DNA of 63,152 bases, filler included, from Octopus bimaculoides (GCF_001194135.2; 6 parts of 6 records of this genome joined end to end with filler, not necessarily neighbours in it), one strand, 5' to 3'. Positions 40,198 to 52,096 are shown, counted from the first letter of the whole stretch. Notes: generated by a model from the letters alone, not told the origin. Numbers and translations are program-made.

Positions 40198-40829
40198 TAG
40201 ATATACATGTAATTTGATGTGTGCGTTTTCATGTGTTCGTTGCGCAAGCTATATGAAGTATCTAATTGTCGTTGGTTACTTTCGAGCGCCATGATGTAAT
40301 ACTTTTTGACCCTATCTGTTTTCCCCTTTCTCTCGCTAGTTTTCTGTTTCTCTTTCTTTTATTTCTTTTTCCTTCTTTTTCTTNNNNNNNNNNNNNNNNN
40401 NNNNNNNNNNNNNNNNNNNNNNNNNNNNNNNNNNNNNNNNNNNNNNNNNNNNNNNNNNNNNNNNNNNNNNNNNNNNNNNNNNNNNNNNNNNNNNNNNNNN
40501 NNNNNNNNNNNNNNNNNNNNNNNNNNNNNNNNNNNNNNNNNNNNNNNNNNNNNNNNNNNNNNNNNNNNNNNNNNNNNNNNNNNNNNNNNNNNNNNNNNNN
40601 NNNNNNNNNNNNNNNNNNNNNNNNNNNNNNNNNNNNNNNNNNNNNNNNNNNNNNNNNNNNNNNNNNNNNNNNNNNNNNNNNNNNNNNNNNNNNNNNNNNN
40701 NNNNNNNNNNNNNNNNNNNNNNNNNNNNNNNATATATATATATATATATACGCACTCATACGCACGGTAAGTAACCTACACAAACACAGCCCTACATTTA
40801 TATAGTTATATAAAATGTAGATATATATG

Positions 40830-41700
40830 AGAGTAAGCTGAAAAGTTCATAAGCTGGCTATAAAAGTGTTATGCTAGAGATATGAACGCATAAATTTTAA
40901 CTCTTCTTTATTAATAACTGCATTGCATTTTGCTAGGTCAACTGACATCTGACTGTTCAAAGAAGACTTCAAAAGTAACTGGTAAAATTTGGCAACGAGG
41001 TATTATCAAGTACCTGGAAAAAGAGGGTCTAGCCCCAACAATATTCATACTGACATGGTTGCTACATTGGGAGACGACATTCCAGCTTTATCAACATTAG
41101 AATGATTGTTTTTCTTGAAGATTCCATTGTGAACTGAATGTTATTATTCCATTAAGTAGTATTTATCATTAATTTCTCTGCTTTTATTCGAAAGGATAAA
41201 ACAATCGCCTAGAATTTTTACCAGCTCTCTTTTATAAGAGTGTGGACTAAGAACTTTATAGGCCGATTATAAAGAATTAACATTAGAGCTGTGAATTTCA
41301 GCCCTTATTTGGCATCGTAGTGTTATCAAGTATCTGTAGAAAAAGGTTTTACTCCCTCCCCCAAAGACATTCATGCCTATATGGTTGCTACATTAGAGGA
41401 TGACACTCCAGCTTTATGAAAAGTGGGAAGCTGAAATTTGGTGGGGAAGGGAGATTTTGTAGATGACCCAAGGTCTGGACATCTTGCAACTGCCATCACT
41501 GAGGAAAATATTGATCGTGTTTATCACATGGAGATGGATGACAGGCGATTGAGTATAAATCAAATAGCCAATGCTATTAGCATATCCCGTAAGAGAGTTG
41601 AGAATATTCTGCACCATTGATTATAATGGTATATTGTACTTCCATATCCTTTCACCAACCAGAAGCTGACAAGAACTATCCAAAGCACAAATATAAGTGA
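40830..41700 (+). mobile_element. Two degraded mariner (Hsmar-like) transposase 5' fragments
   Basis: Repeated GTTATCAAGTA...ATGGTTGCTACATT.G..GA.GAC segments; VDDPRSGHLATAITEENIDRV...DDRRL...IA matches the mariner N-terminus. Confidence 0.7.
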
Positions 41701-42134
41701 TATTTGATAGGATAATCCTTAATTGACAATGTGATCCACAAACAAACAAAAACAGGATTTTTATGTCATTACGTATAACAAAACTAATCAAACAGTCCTC
41801 TCCAGTTTTCAGTTTCATGTTTCTATATTCAATTTCTGTTGGAATTGAGTACCATTAAGATGTTAATCTGTTCCGAGAAAATACCTTTTCTGCAAGTCAA
41901 ATGCAATACATATTTACAATGATTTTTGAAAAACCTGTCTCATTGGTAGAATGACTATAGATTAGGCATCCAGGTAGGCGACGCTGTTTCATTCTAACTC
42001 GTAATAGGCCAGAAATGTTGCAAGTACAACATTTAAAACTATAGTTTCAAATTATTTAATTTAGTTTAAAATCAATCCTTTCCTTTTAGCATTTTTACAA
42101 AACCTACACGGAAACAAATTTATTCGTAATGCTA

Positions 42135-42196
42135 CCACGTCATCATTTGCCTGTCGTCATCATCTCTGCATTTCCAAAAAGCTTGACGTCATAAAA
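42135..42196 (+). promoter_or_regulatory. Cluster of CRE/ATF-type motifs upstream of the PDZ gene
   Basis: CCACGTCA (reverse of UPRE TGACGTGG) at 42135-42142, a further CGTCA half-site near 42155, perfect CRE TGACGTCA at 42184-42191 followed by TAAAA. Confidence 0.4.
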
Positions 42197-42219
42197 TTTT
42201 CTTCGTTCGAAACCATTGA

Positions 42220-43017
42220 ATGATGGCACCATTGGATCCTATAAACATTGTTCTGAAAAGAGACTCGTATGGATTCGGTTTTGGTTTCCAACGGCAAACT
42301 CAAAATGGTAAAACGGGTATTTACGTTGTTGATGTTCTCAGAAATTACTACAGCAACAGAGCAGTCATGTTAGACGAGTCCGATCGCATATTAGCAATAA
42401 ACGGCAGTGATTTAGAAAATAAAAATTCTAATCAGATACGCGAGTTGTTGAAAAAGTCTGGCAACGATGTATGTCTAACTATTCAGCCGAATAATAAGGA
42501 AACAAATACTATTCGAGCTGCTATACTGAATAATATTCCTGACTTTCTAAAGAATACAGACCAGTCGTGGAAAGCAAAGTTCTTAAAAATTATAAGAAAT
42601 ATATTTGAACAACCCAAAGGTGTTTTTGTTGTGACTTTCAGAAGATCAAATGATCTCAAATTTCGTATTCTAGGAGGTTCTGAACAGCCAATTATAAGCG
42701 GTTATACGGGAATTCATATCGTAAAGCTAGACAAGGATATACAATATTGCAGTGAAGGGATGCAGTTGTTAGTAGGTGATCGACTTATCAGTGCCAATAA
42801 CATACCTTTAGATGGTGAAACTCTTGCGAATACTGACGCCATTTTACGAAATGGTAAAGAAGACACTATCAAATTGATTGTGTCACGCCTTGAATTTACC
42901 AGAAAAAAGAAGCTTGCAAATAAGAAAAGAGGTGGGATGTCTTTTATGTCACCCATATCAATGGAAATAGTGTTCCTAAGCACTTTGGCTTTCATGATTT
43001 CTCGTTTTATTAATTAA
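42220..43017 (+). CDS. Intronless tandem-PDZ protein with C-terminal tail anchor (SYNJ2BP/OMP25-like second half)
   Basis: 265-aa open ORF, in-frame TGA directly before the ATG, second ATG in strong context (atgATGG). PDZ1 aa ~8-90 (KRDSYGFGFGF...GIYVVDV...DRILAINGSDL). PDZ2 aa ~135-223 (LKFRILGGSEQ...GIHIVKL...GDRLISANNIPL). Basic RKKKLANKKR aa 228-237, hydrophobic aa 240-260, AATAAA at 43158-43163. Confidence 0.85.
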   Translation: MMAPLDPINIVLKRDSYGFGFGFQRQTQNGKTGIYVVDVLRNYYSNRAVMLDESDRILAINGSDLENKNSNQIRELLKKSGNDVCLTIQPNNKETNTIRAAILNNIPDFLKNTDQSWKAKFLKIIRNIFEQPKGVFVVTFRRSNDLKFRILGGSEQPIISGYTGIHIVKLDKDIQYCSEGMQLLVGDRLISANNIPLDGETLANTDAILRNGKEDTIKLIVSRLEFTRKKKLANKKRGGMSFMSPISMEIVFLSTLAFMISRFIN

Positions 43018-43590
43018 ATTCCATGAAATACATTCTTCGAGCAAAAGAGAGAACTAACTATACAAACTAACACCCAGTAAACATCTATGGGAAATGTAAA
43101 AATGCTTTTGCTCTTAAATATGAGGAGAATTGTCAATTATAGACACACGCATATAGGAATAAATCTATGCATGGGATATCCTAACCTAATCTTTACTGAC
43201 TTCGAGATTTCGACTGATCTGTGAATTATCCAAGCAGTTTGAATAACCCACAGATCTGGTGAAACTTCTAAGCTACTATCAATTAAATATTAAACTCTTC
43301 ATGTGTTTTGACTTAATTATTCAGGAAGCGTTCATCGTTTTTATGCATACGAAATACTTAATTGTTACCATACAGTCCGTCTCTACGTTCTGAGTTCAAA
43401 TTCCGCTGAAGTCGACTTTGCCTTTCAAAAGTATCAGCTAAGTACTGGGGTCGATATAATCGTCCTATTTCCTCCTCCGAAGTTTCTGGCCCTGTGCCAA
43501 AATTTGAAATCAGTCTATAGCCATACATACACGCATACATAATGGCTGCGACTCGATTTCGAATATTACTATCGCTTGGTGGTGTTCTTA

Positions 43591-44353
43591 AAACTGTTAT
43601 GACCTTAGCATAGACTTTCAGGGTTCATTTGAGACAAAGCTGAAGGTCTATACTACTTGTGCTTTGTCTTCGTTGCTATGATCCTTAAGTATTTCTGTAT
43701 GGTGAGTTTTTCTAAAGACTTATAAACCTTTTCTCAGCTGTGGCAACAATGTGCATTTCTTTCAGTATGTGTTTCATAAATATTTTGGTGACCCTTCTTC
43801 ATATGACGTTTTAATCCGTCATGTAAAGCATGTTCTCTTCCACTTTGAAAGATAACGTATATTTCAAAGTTAACAACTTCTCTGTGTGTTTGGCTCCTCC
43901 GATGACATCTGAGGCTTGGCTTACTTAGACAGACCTGCCTACACTCCTTATATGGTAAATTGGGCTGTGCACCAACATACTCAGGAAAATTCACATCAAA
44001 ACCATGACGAATATTTCTCTTCAGTTGTTCAAGCTTGTTACGGAAACCATTTTGTTTAAATTAGTTCCTTTCATCAGACATTTTCCTCCGGGATGAACGA
44101 TCCAGAGCGGAGTTTCCCAGTCCATTTTTCTGGTGTATTCTTAATACAATCCTTATACTTTACTTTCGGTTTGTGCGCTGGTCTTTTACGCTGGGATAAC
44201 TCACCATGCAGAAAATACTCAAGGATCATATGTTTGAGGTAAGTAAGCCAGGTCACACACGCATATAGCAACGAAGACAAAACACAAGTAGTATAGACCT
44301 TCAGCTTTGTCTCAAATGAACCCTGAAAGTCTATGCTAAGGTCATAACAGTTT
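43591..44353. repeat. 89-bp inverted repeat, 1 mismatch (43591-43679 / 44265-44353)
   Basis: AAACTGTTATGACCTTAGC...CGTTGCTAT is reverse-complementary to ATAGCAACG...GTCATAACAGTTT; the arm is LINE coding sequence. Confidence 0.9.
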
Positions 44354-44420
44354 GGCTTTCTTGATTCAGAAGGAAATTTCATCGGCTTCGTGCAAGTCTT
44401 TTTCGTCACTTTAAAAACAA
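43680..44420 (-). mobile_element. RTE-like LINE 3' fragment
   Basis: TKLKVYTTCVLSSLLYACVTW and GELSQRKRPAHKPKVKYKDCIK match the RTE RT C-terminal region. Confidence 0.75.
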
Positions 44421-44773
44421 TACAAACATAGGCATCACCTGATTTTTAACATCTTTATTAACATACATATATTTGTGTTTATGCATATGAAAGCGCACGT
44501 GCGAGTGAGTGTGTGTGTGTGTGCGTGCGTGTGTGTGTGTATTAGTTGCAGGATTCGTTAGAATTTAGGTGCATCAATACGTAGGGTATCAGAACCAGCT
44601 AGGTAGCATAACATAGAGTTCACAGGGAGGTAAAACAACCATAAGGTATCATGTGGTGTTAGTATACCGAAAGTATGTAGATATGCAAGTATCAAATCCA
44701 ATATAAACCGTAAATCTGACTCAAGGTTCCACATGTGGCGTAGTTATAAAAAGAACACATATGGAGTTTAAAA

Positions 44774-44854
44774 TTTGCTACAGCTGTTTCGGTAGAATTT
44801 TATTAATATATTCATAGATTATATCATAGCGTTAATTCTCTATCTTCAGGTAAA
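44774..44854 (-). ncRNA. Minimal type I hammerhead ribozyme, partly degenerate
   Basis: Minus strand TTTAC-CTGAAGA-(52 nt with AGAATT/AATTCT stem)-GAAA-CAGCTG-TA-GCAAA; palindromic AGCU loop, GUA site, one mismatch in helix I. Confidence 0.6.
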
Positions 44855-45906
44855 ATTTTAAGCATATATACAAGCAAGCTAAAACTTTGATGATAACCTA
44901 TACAATAAACAGCATAATGAATAAGTGATATTTTGAAAAAACAAAAAAACAAAAGAATATTATAATTTATAGAGAAATCAGAAGTGTAAAGGACATGCGA
45001 ATAGCAAATTACAAGCAGTTATCTTGAAAGAGTGCAAGGAAACTGGCGGGCTAGCCAAAGACTTCAAGGAAGATACCATGTAGGCCATGGGCGAGTGGGG
45101 TCATGGTGCACCACTCTTGTGATTTACTTTAATGGGTATTTTCATGTAGCCCTGTGTCTAATAAGTCAGAAAATTGATGTTGCCAGCAAAAAACTGGGAT
45201 GAAAGCTCTAACTTTGCAACTCTTCGCCAAAATAGTTCAAATGACCACTTAAAATGATTGCGTGGTTCAGATCTACAAGTTCATGCAAATGATAAACAAA
45301 TTTATTCTGTAAAAAGCTCACCAGAGGTCAAAAGGCCACAGACTTTGACCTTTACTTATAATATCTCGCATTCACAGGTTTTATTTATCTCCAAGACCAT
45401 ATAACGTCTTTTGTTTATTGAAAATTCATCAAAACGAAGGTTTACACGTGCTTTTAAATACCAGAAGTAAAAAAGATTGAAAAGAATGTGAGATATTTCT
45501 GTACTTTTACATACTGTTTTGTACGTATTACTGAATGTGTCGAACAGAAGTAAGGCAAAATCTAGCAAGTGGTACTTTGGAATCTTTCCTTGAATCATTG
45601 CAAATGGCCACAGTAGGTAATATTTGAGTTGATCTATAAAATGAAACATCAAATTATGCAAATATTTTCATCAAAGAGGTTGTTGAAGTCAAAAGTAAAC
45701 AAAAGTTGACCCTATCTACACCACAGCAGTTTGTTATACATGGTCGTTATGAAATGTGCCATATAATTTTAATATTGAAACAAATTCAGAAAATCAGAAA
45801 TTATTATTATTTCGTGGATATTGATTTTTGAAGGAATTTCATCGTATAGTTCGTGGCCTCATCGAGGACGGTTAATAGCGAAAATAAAATTGAAAAAGTG
45901 TGTCAG

Positions 45907-46069
45907 TATAAAATGTGTGTGATTATTTAGTGGTTATTGAAGTGTGCCAGTCTCAATCAGGATTCGAAACGGCTAATCGAAGCGGCTGTTTTTTAGATCT
46001 CAGTTTTGTCAATCAAAATAACCCATGGTACCAGAACATCCAGACATTATTCGCATAGAAGAGTGAGAG
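45907..46069 (+). other. Candidate non-coding first exon with TATA box
   Basis: TATAAAA at 45907-45913, short ATG ORF (MVPEHPDIIRIEE*), strong AG|GTAAGT donor at 46069/46070; no downstream exon identified. Confidence 0.25.
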
Positions 46070-46879
46070 GTAAGTCTTAGTTTAATTCTTTTGTAACCCT
46101 AAAGATTCCGCTCGTGATTTCACAGCAAACAAGGTACAGGGCGAGACTTTAGATTGTGTAGGTGTATTTTTACCCACTTCAGTGTTTACTCACGGCCTGT
46201 TATACGTCGCTATGAGTAGAACAACGGACTCCAGTAATTTGAAAATTAGTGTCAACAAAATAGAAAACATCATCTACAAAGAAGTTTTGTAATCATGTTG
46301 ATATTATCGAAATGAATATGATTTAAGTAAGAAAATTTGTGAACTTTGAATGTATAAGTATAAACAAGCGTAAATAAGTGTAAACAACTAAAATAAAAGT
46401 ATATCTAAATGACATTTAAAAAAAAAAACTTTTTATGTAGTGGTCAAAGGAAGCTCTGGCTTTCGTTAGAAGTGGTCCACATAACCATCCATGATACAGA
46501 GGCTGGGAGACTATTTCAGTTCGGGACTGAATCGTCATCACATGTTACTTAGTCACAAACACATATCATATAGCTGCAACAGAATGCTGTATCACCAACA
46601 ATAATGTGATTTATCTAAGACATTACCCAATAACCTATCAAGTCCATTTCACATTTCTCAATATATATACTGCTGTTATGACTTCCCCACCTCATTTTAT
46701 TCCTCCATCGTATATAGATAGATTTGCTAGTTAAAACAATGGATGTACGAGTTTGCTTTAAAGTTGAGTTAGAAATCTCAAATTCGGATCATTAAAATTT
46801 GAATTAACACATTTCCAATGAGCATTCACCCTAATTCTTACCTGATTGTATCTTATTTTCACGACAGTTATGTCTGTTC

Positions 46880-48162
46880 TTAGTTTCATTAACGAAGGGA
46901 AACCTAATAATTACGATACTATGAAAATGAGAATAACCGAAGAACTGAAAACCACAGATCTTAGAATGGACCACAGATTATATCTCCCAAAAATCAAGAT
47001 AGACAATAAAACAACATCAATAATAAATAACATAAACCTGGCCGTCACGGAACTAACAACCACAGAAACAACTAGCAATATCACTGAGCTAAATGACATA
47101 ATATATGCGGCAGCCACTGCAGCCACAAAAGAAGCAGGATACTCACTCAAACCCATCCGAACAGGAGTTCTACCACCCAAACAGACCTTGTGGATAAATA
47201 GTATCCAGAACAAAATTAAAAAAAAGAGAAAAGTTTTATCGATTCTCAACGAAATTAGTAGACAATCAACACAACTAAGTAACAAGAAGAAAACAAAAAT
47301 ACTGTACAAATACAGCATTACAGAAAAAGACTTACCTGAGGCAAAAGAAAAACTAAAGCAAGATATCCTTGCCAAAGCACAAAGGATCCGCCTATATGAG
47401 AAACGCCAACGTTTCTTTGAACAAAACAAACAGTGCAAATCCAACCCCAAAAAACTCTACCAAGAACTGGGTAAAAATAAAATAGACATTACTGCAGTAC
47501 CAACCGCAGAAGAACTGGAAGAATTCTGGAAACAAATGTGGTCGGTGAAGCAACAACCCCAGAAAAGGACCATTAAAACAACGAACTTAGCACCTGAGAA
47601 ACTCTGGACCCCTATAACAACTGAAGAGGTCACCCAGACACNNNNNNNNNNGGACCCCTATAACAACTGAAGAGGTCACCCAGACACTGCAAAGACTAAG
47701 TAACTGGAAGGCACCTGGGCACGACAAGATCCCCAACTTCTGGTTAAAACACCTAACAGGAATACATAAAAAGCAGGCAGAAAACTTTAACAACATACTA
47801 GCATAGCCAGAGACAATGCCTGAATGGCTCACGAAAGGGAAAACCATCTTAATTCCCAAATCCACGGAAACGGAGAAACCACAAAACTATAGACCTATAA
47901 CCTCTCTCCCTACGATCTACAAAGCCTTTACTGCAATAATATCGCAGAGATTAAGTAAGCACCTGGAAAATAACAAGCTGTTTCCAGAAGAGCAGAAGGG
48001 ATGCTGCAAGGGCTCATACGGCTGTAAAGATCAATTATTGATCAATAAAGCCATAACTGAAGACAGCCACAGAAAGAAGAAAGGCCTCAGTATGGCCTGG
48101 GTGGACTACCAAAAGGCTTTCGACAGTGTTCCCCACACCTGGATTCTGGAAACACTAGCCAT
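46880..48162 (+). mobile_element. R4/Dong-like LINE fragment (N-terminal region plus RT domains)
   Basis: WKAPGHDKIPNFWLK, NYRPITSLPTIYK, EQKGC..GSYGCKDQLLI, AWVDYQKAFDSVPH; ends at a gap. Confidence 0.9.
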
Positions 48163-48263
48163 NNNNNNNNNNNNNNNNNNNNNNNNNNNNNNNNNNNNNN
48201 NNNNNNTTAATTAATTAANNNNNNNNNNNNNNNNNNNNNNNNNNNNNNNNNNNNNNNNNNNNT

Positions 48264-48509
<246 letters not shown>

Positions 48510-49699
48510 TAATTTGGATTCTGTCCCTAATATTATTATTATTATTATTATANNNNNNNNNNNNNNNNNNNNNNNNNNNNNNNNNNNNNNNNNNNNNNNN
48601 NNNNNNNNNNNNNNNNNNNNNNNNNNNNNNNNNNNNNNNNNNNNNNNNNNNNNNNNNNNNNNNNNNNNNNNNNNNNNNNNNNNNNNNNNNNNNNNNNNNN
48701 NNNNNNNNNNNNNNNTAATATATATATATATATATATCTTTGTATGTATGTATGTATGTATGTATGCATGAGTTTGTATGTATGTGCGTTTGTGCATTTT
48801 GATATGTATACGTTAAAGGTATCTGACGTTAAAAACAGCGCTCAGTGATGGGGAGGGTGTATAAAATGAGTCATTTTCTCATGCAATTTACAGCCAGAAC
48901 GCTATAAATATACTCTGCGTTTCTCGGTAACAGAGTTTGTGAACGGTGAGTAAAAATCGGCCTGCAAACAAAGATATATTGTTGCATGTCAAAATAATCG
49001 ACGGAGGCGCCGATTCGTATATGACGGGATGATGAGATGTTGAATTTTAGTCTTGCTCGTATGGAAAACATGGCCCTTTGTATGACATTTTTTCTCTGTT
49101 CTGTTTTTGTTTTGTTTTTTTTATTTCGCTTGCCTAGATTGCAAGCACCATTAACGATAACATTAGAATAACACGCAGAGCAAGTCTACAATTGATAATT
49201 ACAAAACAGCACACAACACATATACACGCACACAAACACACACACACACATACAAGCATACACACACACATACACTCATGCGCGCGCAATTGATAGCTGC
49301 AACATTTGAGGTACATACATAATTAATAAATGCAGAGAAAAGCATTCGAAATATGCAGCTGCAATATATTCCAACTCAGATGTGTTGTGCGATACACGCA
49401 GTATTTAACGATTTGGTAGTTATGAATAACATATAATATAGACGTAGTAACACTTCTTGAGACATAATAACAATAGAGAAGGATATGCAGACCTACGTAG
49501 TAACATTAGAAAGAGGTCTTATCAACTGGCTCAGTTTTCAATGTTTGAACAACAATGAATTTTGAATAAACTTGTAAAATTGTAGACTTGATCTACATGC
49601 GAATTGAATACTAACTTTAATAACGTTGCAATTCACCTAAGTGGAAATAAGATAATAAATCTTATTAAAATACATTTCGTTTCGGGCTATTAACTGGCT

Positions 49700-50010
49700 C
49701 TCTGTCGGTTGCGACGACGAGTTTTCCACTTGATCCAATCAATGGAACAGCCTGCTCGTTAAATTAACTTGCAAGTGGCTGAGCATTCCACAGACACACG
49801 TACCCTTAATGTAGTTCTCGGGGAGATTCAGCATGACACGGAATGTGACAAAGCCATCCCTTTGAATTACAGGTACCACTTATTTTTGTTAGCATAGTGA
49901 ACAGGGGCAACGTGAAATAAAGTGTCTTGCTCAAGGATACAATGAGTCACCGGGTATCGAACTCATGGCCTTATAATCTTGAGCCAAGTACCCTAGCCAC
50001 TAAGACAAAC
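49700..50010 (-). mobile_element. SINE-like repeat
   Basis: AAGTGTCTTGCTCAAGGA.ACAA...GGGTATCGAACTC reads as a reversed tRNA B-box plus conserved SINE core. Confidence 0.6.
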
Positions 50011-50169
50011 GCCTTCTCTTTAGGTCATTACAACTGTATTTAATAGAAACGAAACTAAAAGCATCTTCTCGTACTATATGTGATGTATGTCTCCATATAC
50101 TTGCCTTACAGTCAGAAATCTGACTGAACGAACATTCATACACATTGTTTTACCTGAACTTTATATAAA

Positions 50170-51645
50170 TAACAATATAACTTTTATATGGGACAAGAAC
50201 GCAAAACATCCAGACAGTTAGGTGATATAAGAAAGGGACAACAAAACATCCAGATAGATGATACAAAGAAAACAAGGACAGGTCATTCGGAATTTTCTTT
50301 CCTCAGTCGAGTTCCAGATTATCGTTGCAATTTCGGCTGGTTATACTCGAGATTGCTCCAATCTGGCCAGCCTCAAGCAAAAGCTAAGCTAATTCGTCCT
50401 TAGTCGAAAGACACCTGTTGTTATGTCTATGTCCTGTTATTTGTATTTGTGTAACCTCCGTTTTTGTCCGTCTTTGTTTTCGTATACATTCGCTGCTTTC
50501 TTCCAAGGAATCTAATGCTCTTAGCTTAGTTTTTCCTTGGGGCTGGCCAGATTGGAGCATTTGTTAGAAGTATCTTTAGCGATTTGTGTTGCTTTTTGCA
50601 TTTGATGAGTTTATGCGCTTTCAGGATGTTGCTCATTTTTGAGTCTCTGGTTAGTAAAGAGAGATTTTGCACAATAGTGTTGTATGTCTCATTGCTTCTA
50701 GGATTGTGGGTTGATAAATGCAGTAGTGTTTTGAGATGAGGTGTGCTGTTATGTTTTGATGTCCTTAGTGTTTCTTTGTCTAATTTCTTGGCACGATTAA
50801 TTCCATTGTCTATAAGTGAGGGTGGATATTGTCTTTCAGTTAGTGTTGTTTTGAGGTCTTGAAGACGAAGGTCCCAAGTAGTTCTATCAGACACTATTAT
50901 GCAAATCCTTTTTGCCAAATTAAAGGGGATATTTATTTTGATGTGTTTCGGGTGGCATAAGCTAAAGAAGAGATATTATTTCGAGTCCGTTGATTTATGA
51001 CAGATGTCACTTATAATTTGGTTGTTGACTTTTATTTATCACAGTATCCAAAAATGGGAGCTGTTCTTTGTTATATTCCATTGTGAATTGATTGTTACTT
51101 TTTTATCATTTAGTGTTGATTTGAAGTTCAAAAGTTTGTCAATGGTCTCCTTCCAAATGATAAAACAGTCATCCAGGTATCTTTTCCAGCTGTCTTATGT
51201 AATGGTAAAATGGATAACCATATTTTTGAAGTGACACTTCGAATATAGGTAATTCAAAATGACTTATTATCAGGTTCGCAAAAACAGGGGCTGCTTTCGT
51301 TCCCATCGTAATTCCATATTTTTCACGATAGTATGTGTCATCAAATAGGAAATAATTGTTCTGAAGTATAAATTTTAAAGATTCAGCAATAAAGATCTGA
51401 TTTATGCGTTCCGGGAGTACTTGGTTGCTTTTATTCCAGTCATGTGGGATGTTGGTGTAAAGATTGACAACATCGAAGGAAACCAATAATACTTCTTCAT
51501 TAAATGTTTTTGGTAGGTGCTCTAGCATGTCTAAATCGTCTCTAATGAAGCTTCTGATGTATTTCAGCAAAGGTTTCAGTAGTATATCTAGAAAATTGCT
51601 TAGGCGGAGCGTTTCACAGGCTGGGCCAACTATAATAGGCCTTAA
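50170..51645 (-). mobile_element. Penelope-like retroelement, RT fragment with terminal inverted segment
   Basis: LVSFDVVNLYTNIPHD, G.TMGTKAAPVFANL, RYLDDCFIIW (frameshifted), RQYPPSLID; 39-bp inverted repeat 50354-50392 / 50521-50559. Confidence 0.85.
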
Positions 51646-51943
51646 AGTTAGTGTGTGAGTGAGCGCGAATGAGTGAGTGAGCGCGAATGAGTGAGTGAGT
51701 GAGTGAGTGAGTGAGTGTGTTTGGTTGTTTCATAGCCTTAAGGTAAATGTCTTAGTGCGCAAACTATGTGGGTGTATATGAACTTGTGTTCGTGATCTCA
51801 TCCGATCCATCTTGTCACTTCGTATTTCCATTTAAAAACAATGAAAGGTAGTGACACGTGTATGTGTTTGCGTGTGTGTGTGTGTGCGTATGTGTGTGTA
51901 TGTGTGTGTGCATCAGGAGGAGTTATAATGACTTCGAAGTTTG

Positions 51944-51993
51944 TAGGCTTTGTCTGACGAGTGCTAGCAGACCGAAACTTCGAAGTCCCTGTT
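51944..51993 (+). ncRNA. Hammerhead ribozyme core with atypical helix I
   Basis: CTGACGA (51954-51960)-GTGCTAGCAGACC-GAAA-CTTCGAAG-TC-CCTG: perfect core, palindromic helix III, GUC site; helix I (TAGG/CCTG) needs a 6-nt bulge. Confidence 0.55.
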
Positions 51994-52096
51994 ACTCCTC
52001 TTTTTGTTAAGTTTTAATAAATGTACTGTACTGAAAGAATTGAGTACTTAAGTGTTTAACAGCGTATATATACATTATTAAAAATGATGTATACAT

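Noticed and set aside
47601-47690. Direct repeat GGACCCCTATAACAACTGAAGAGGTCACCCAGACAC
   Set aside because: Flanks a 10-N gap; contig overlap artefact.
50285-50410. Minus-strand CTGAGGA...CGAAT and CTAAGGA...GAAA motifs
   Set aside because: Core or helix closing pairs fail in both readings.
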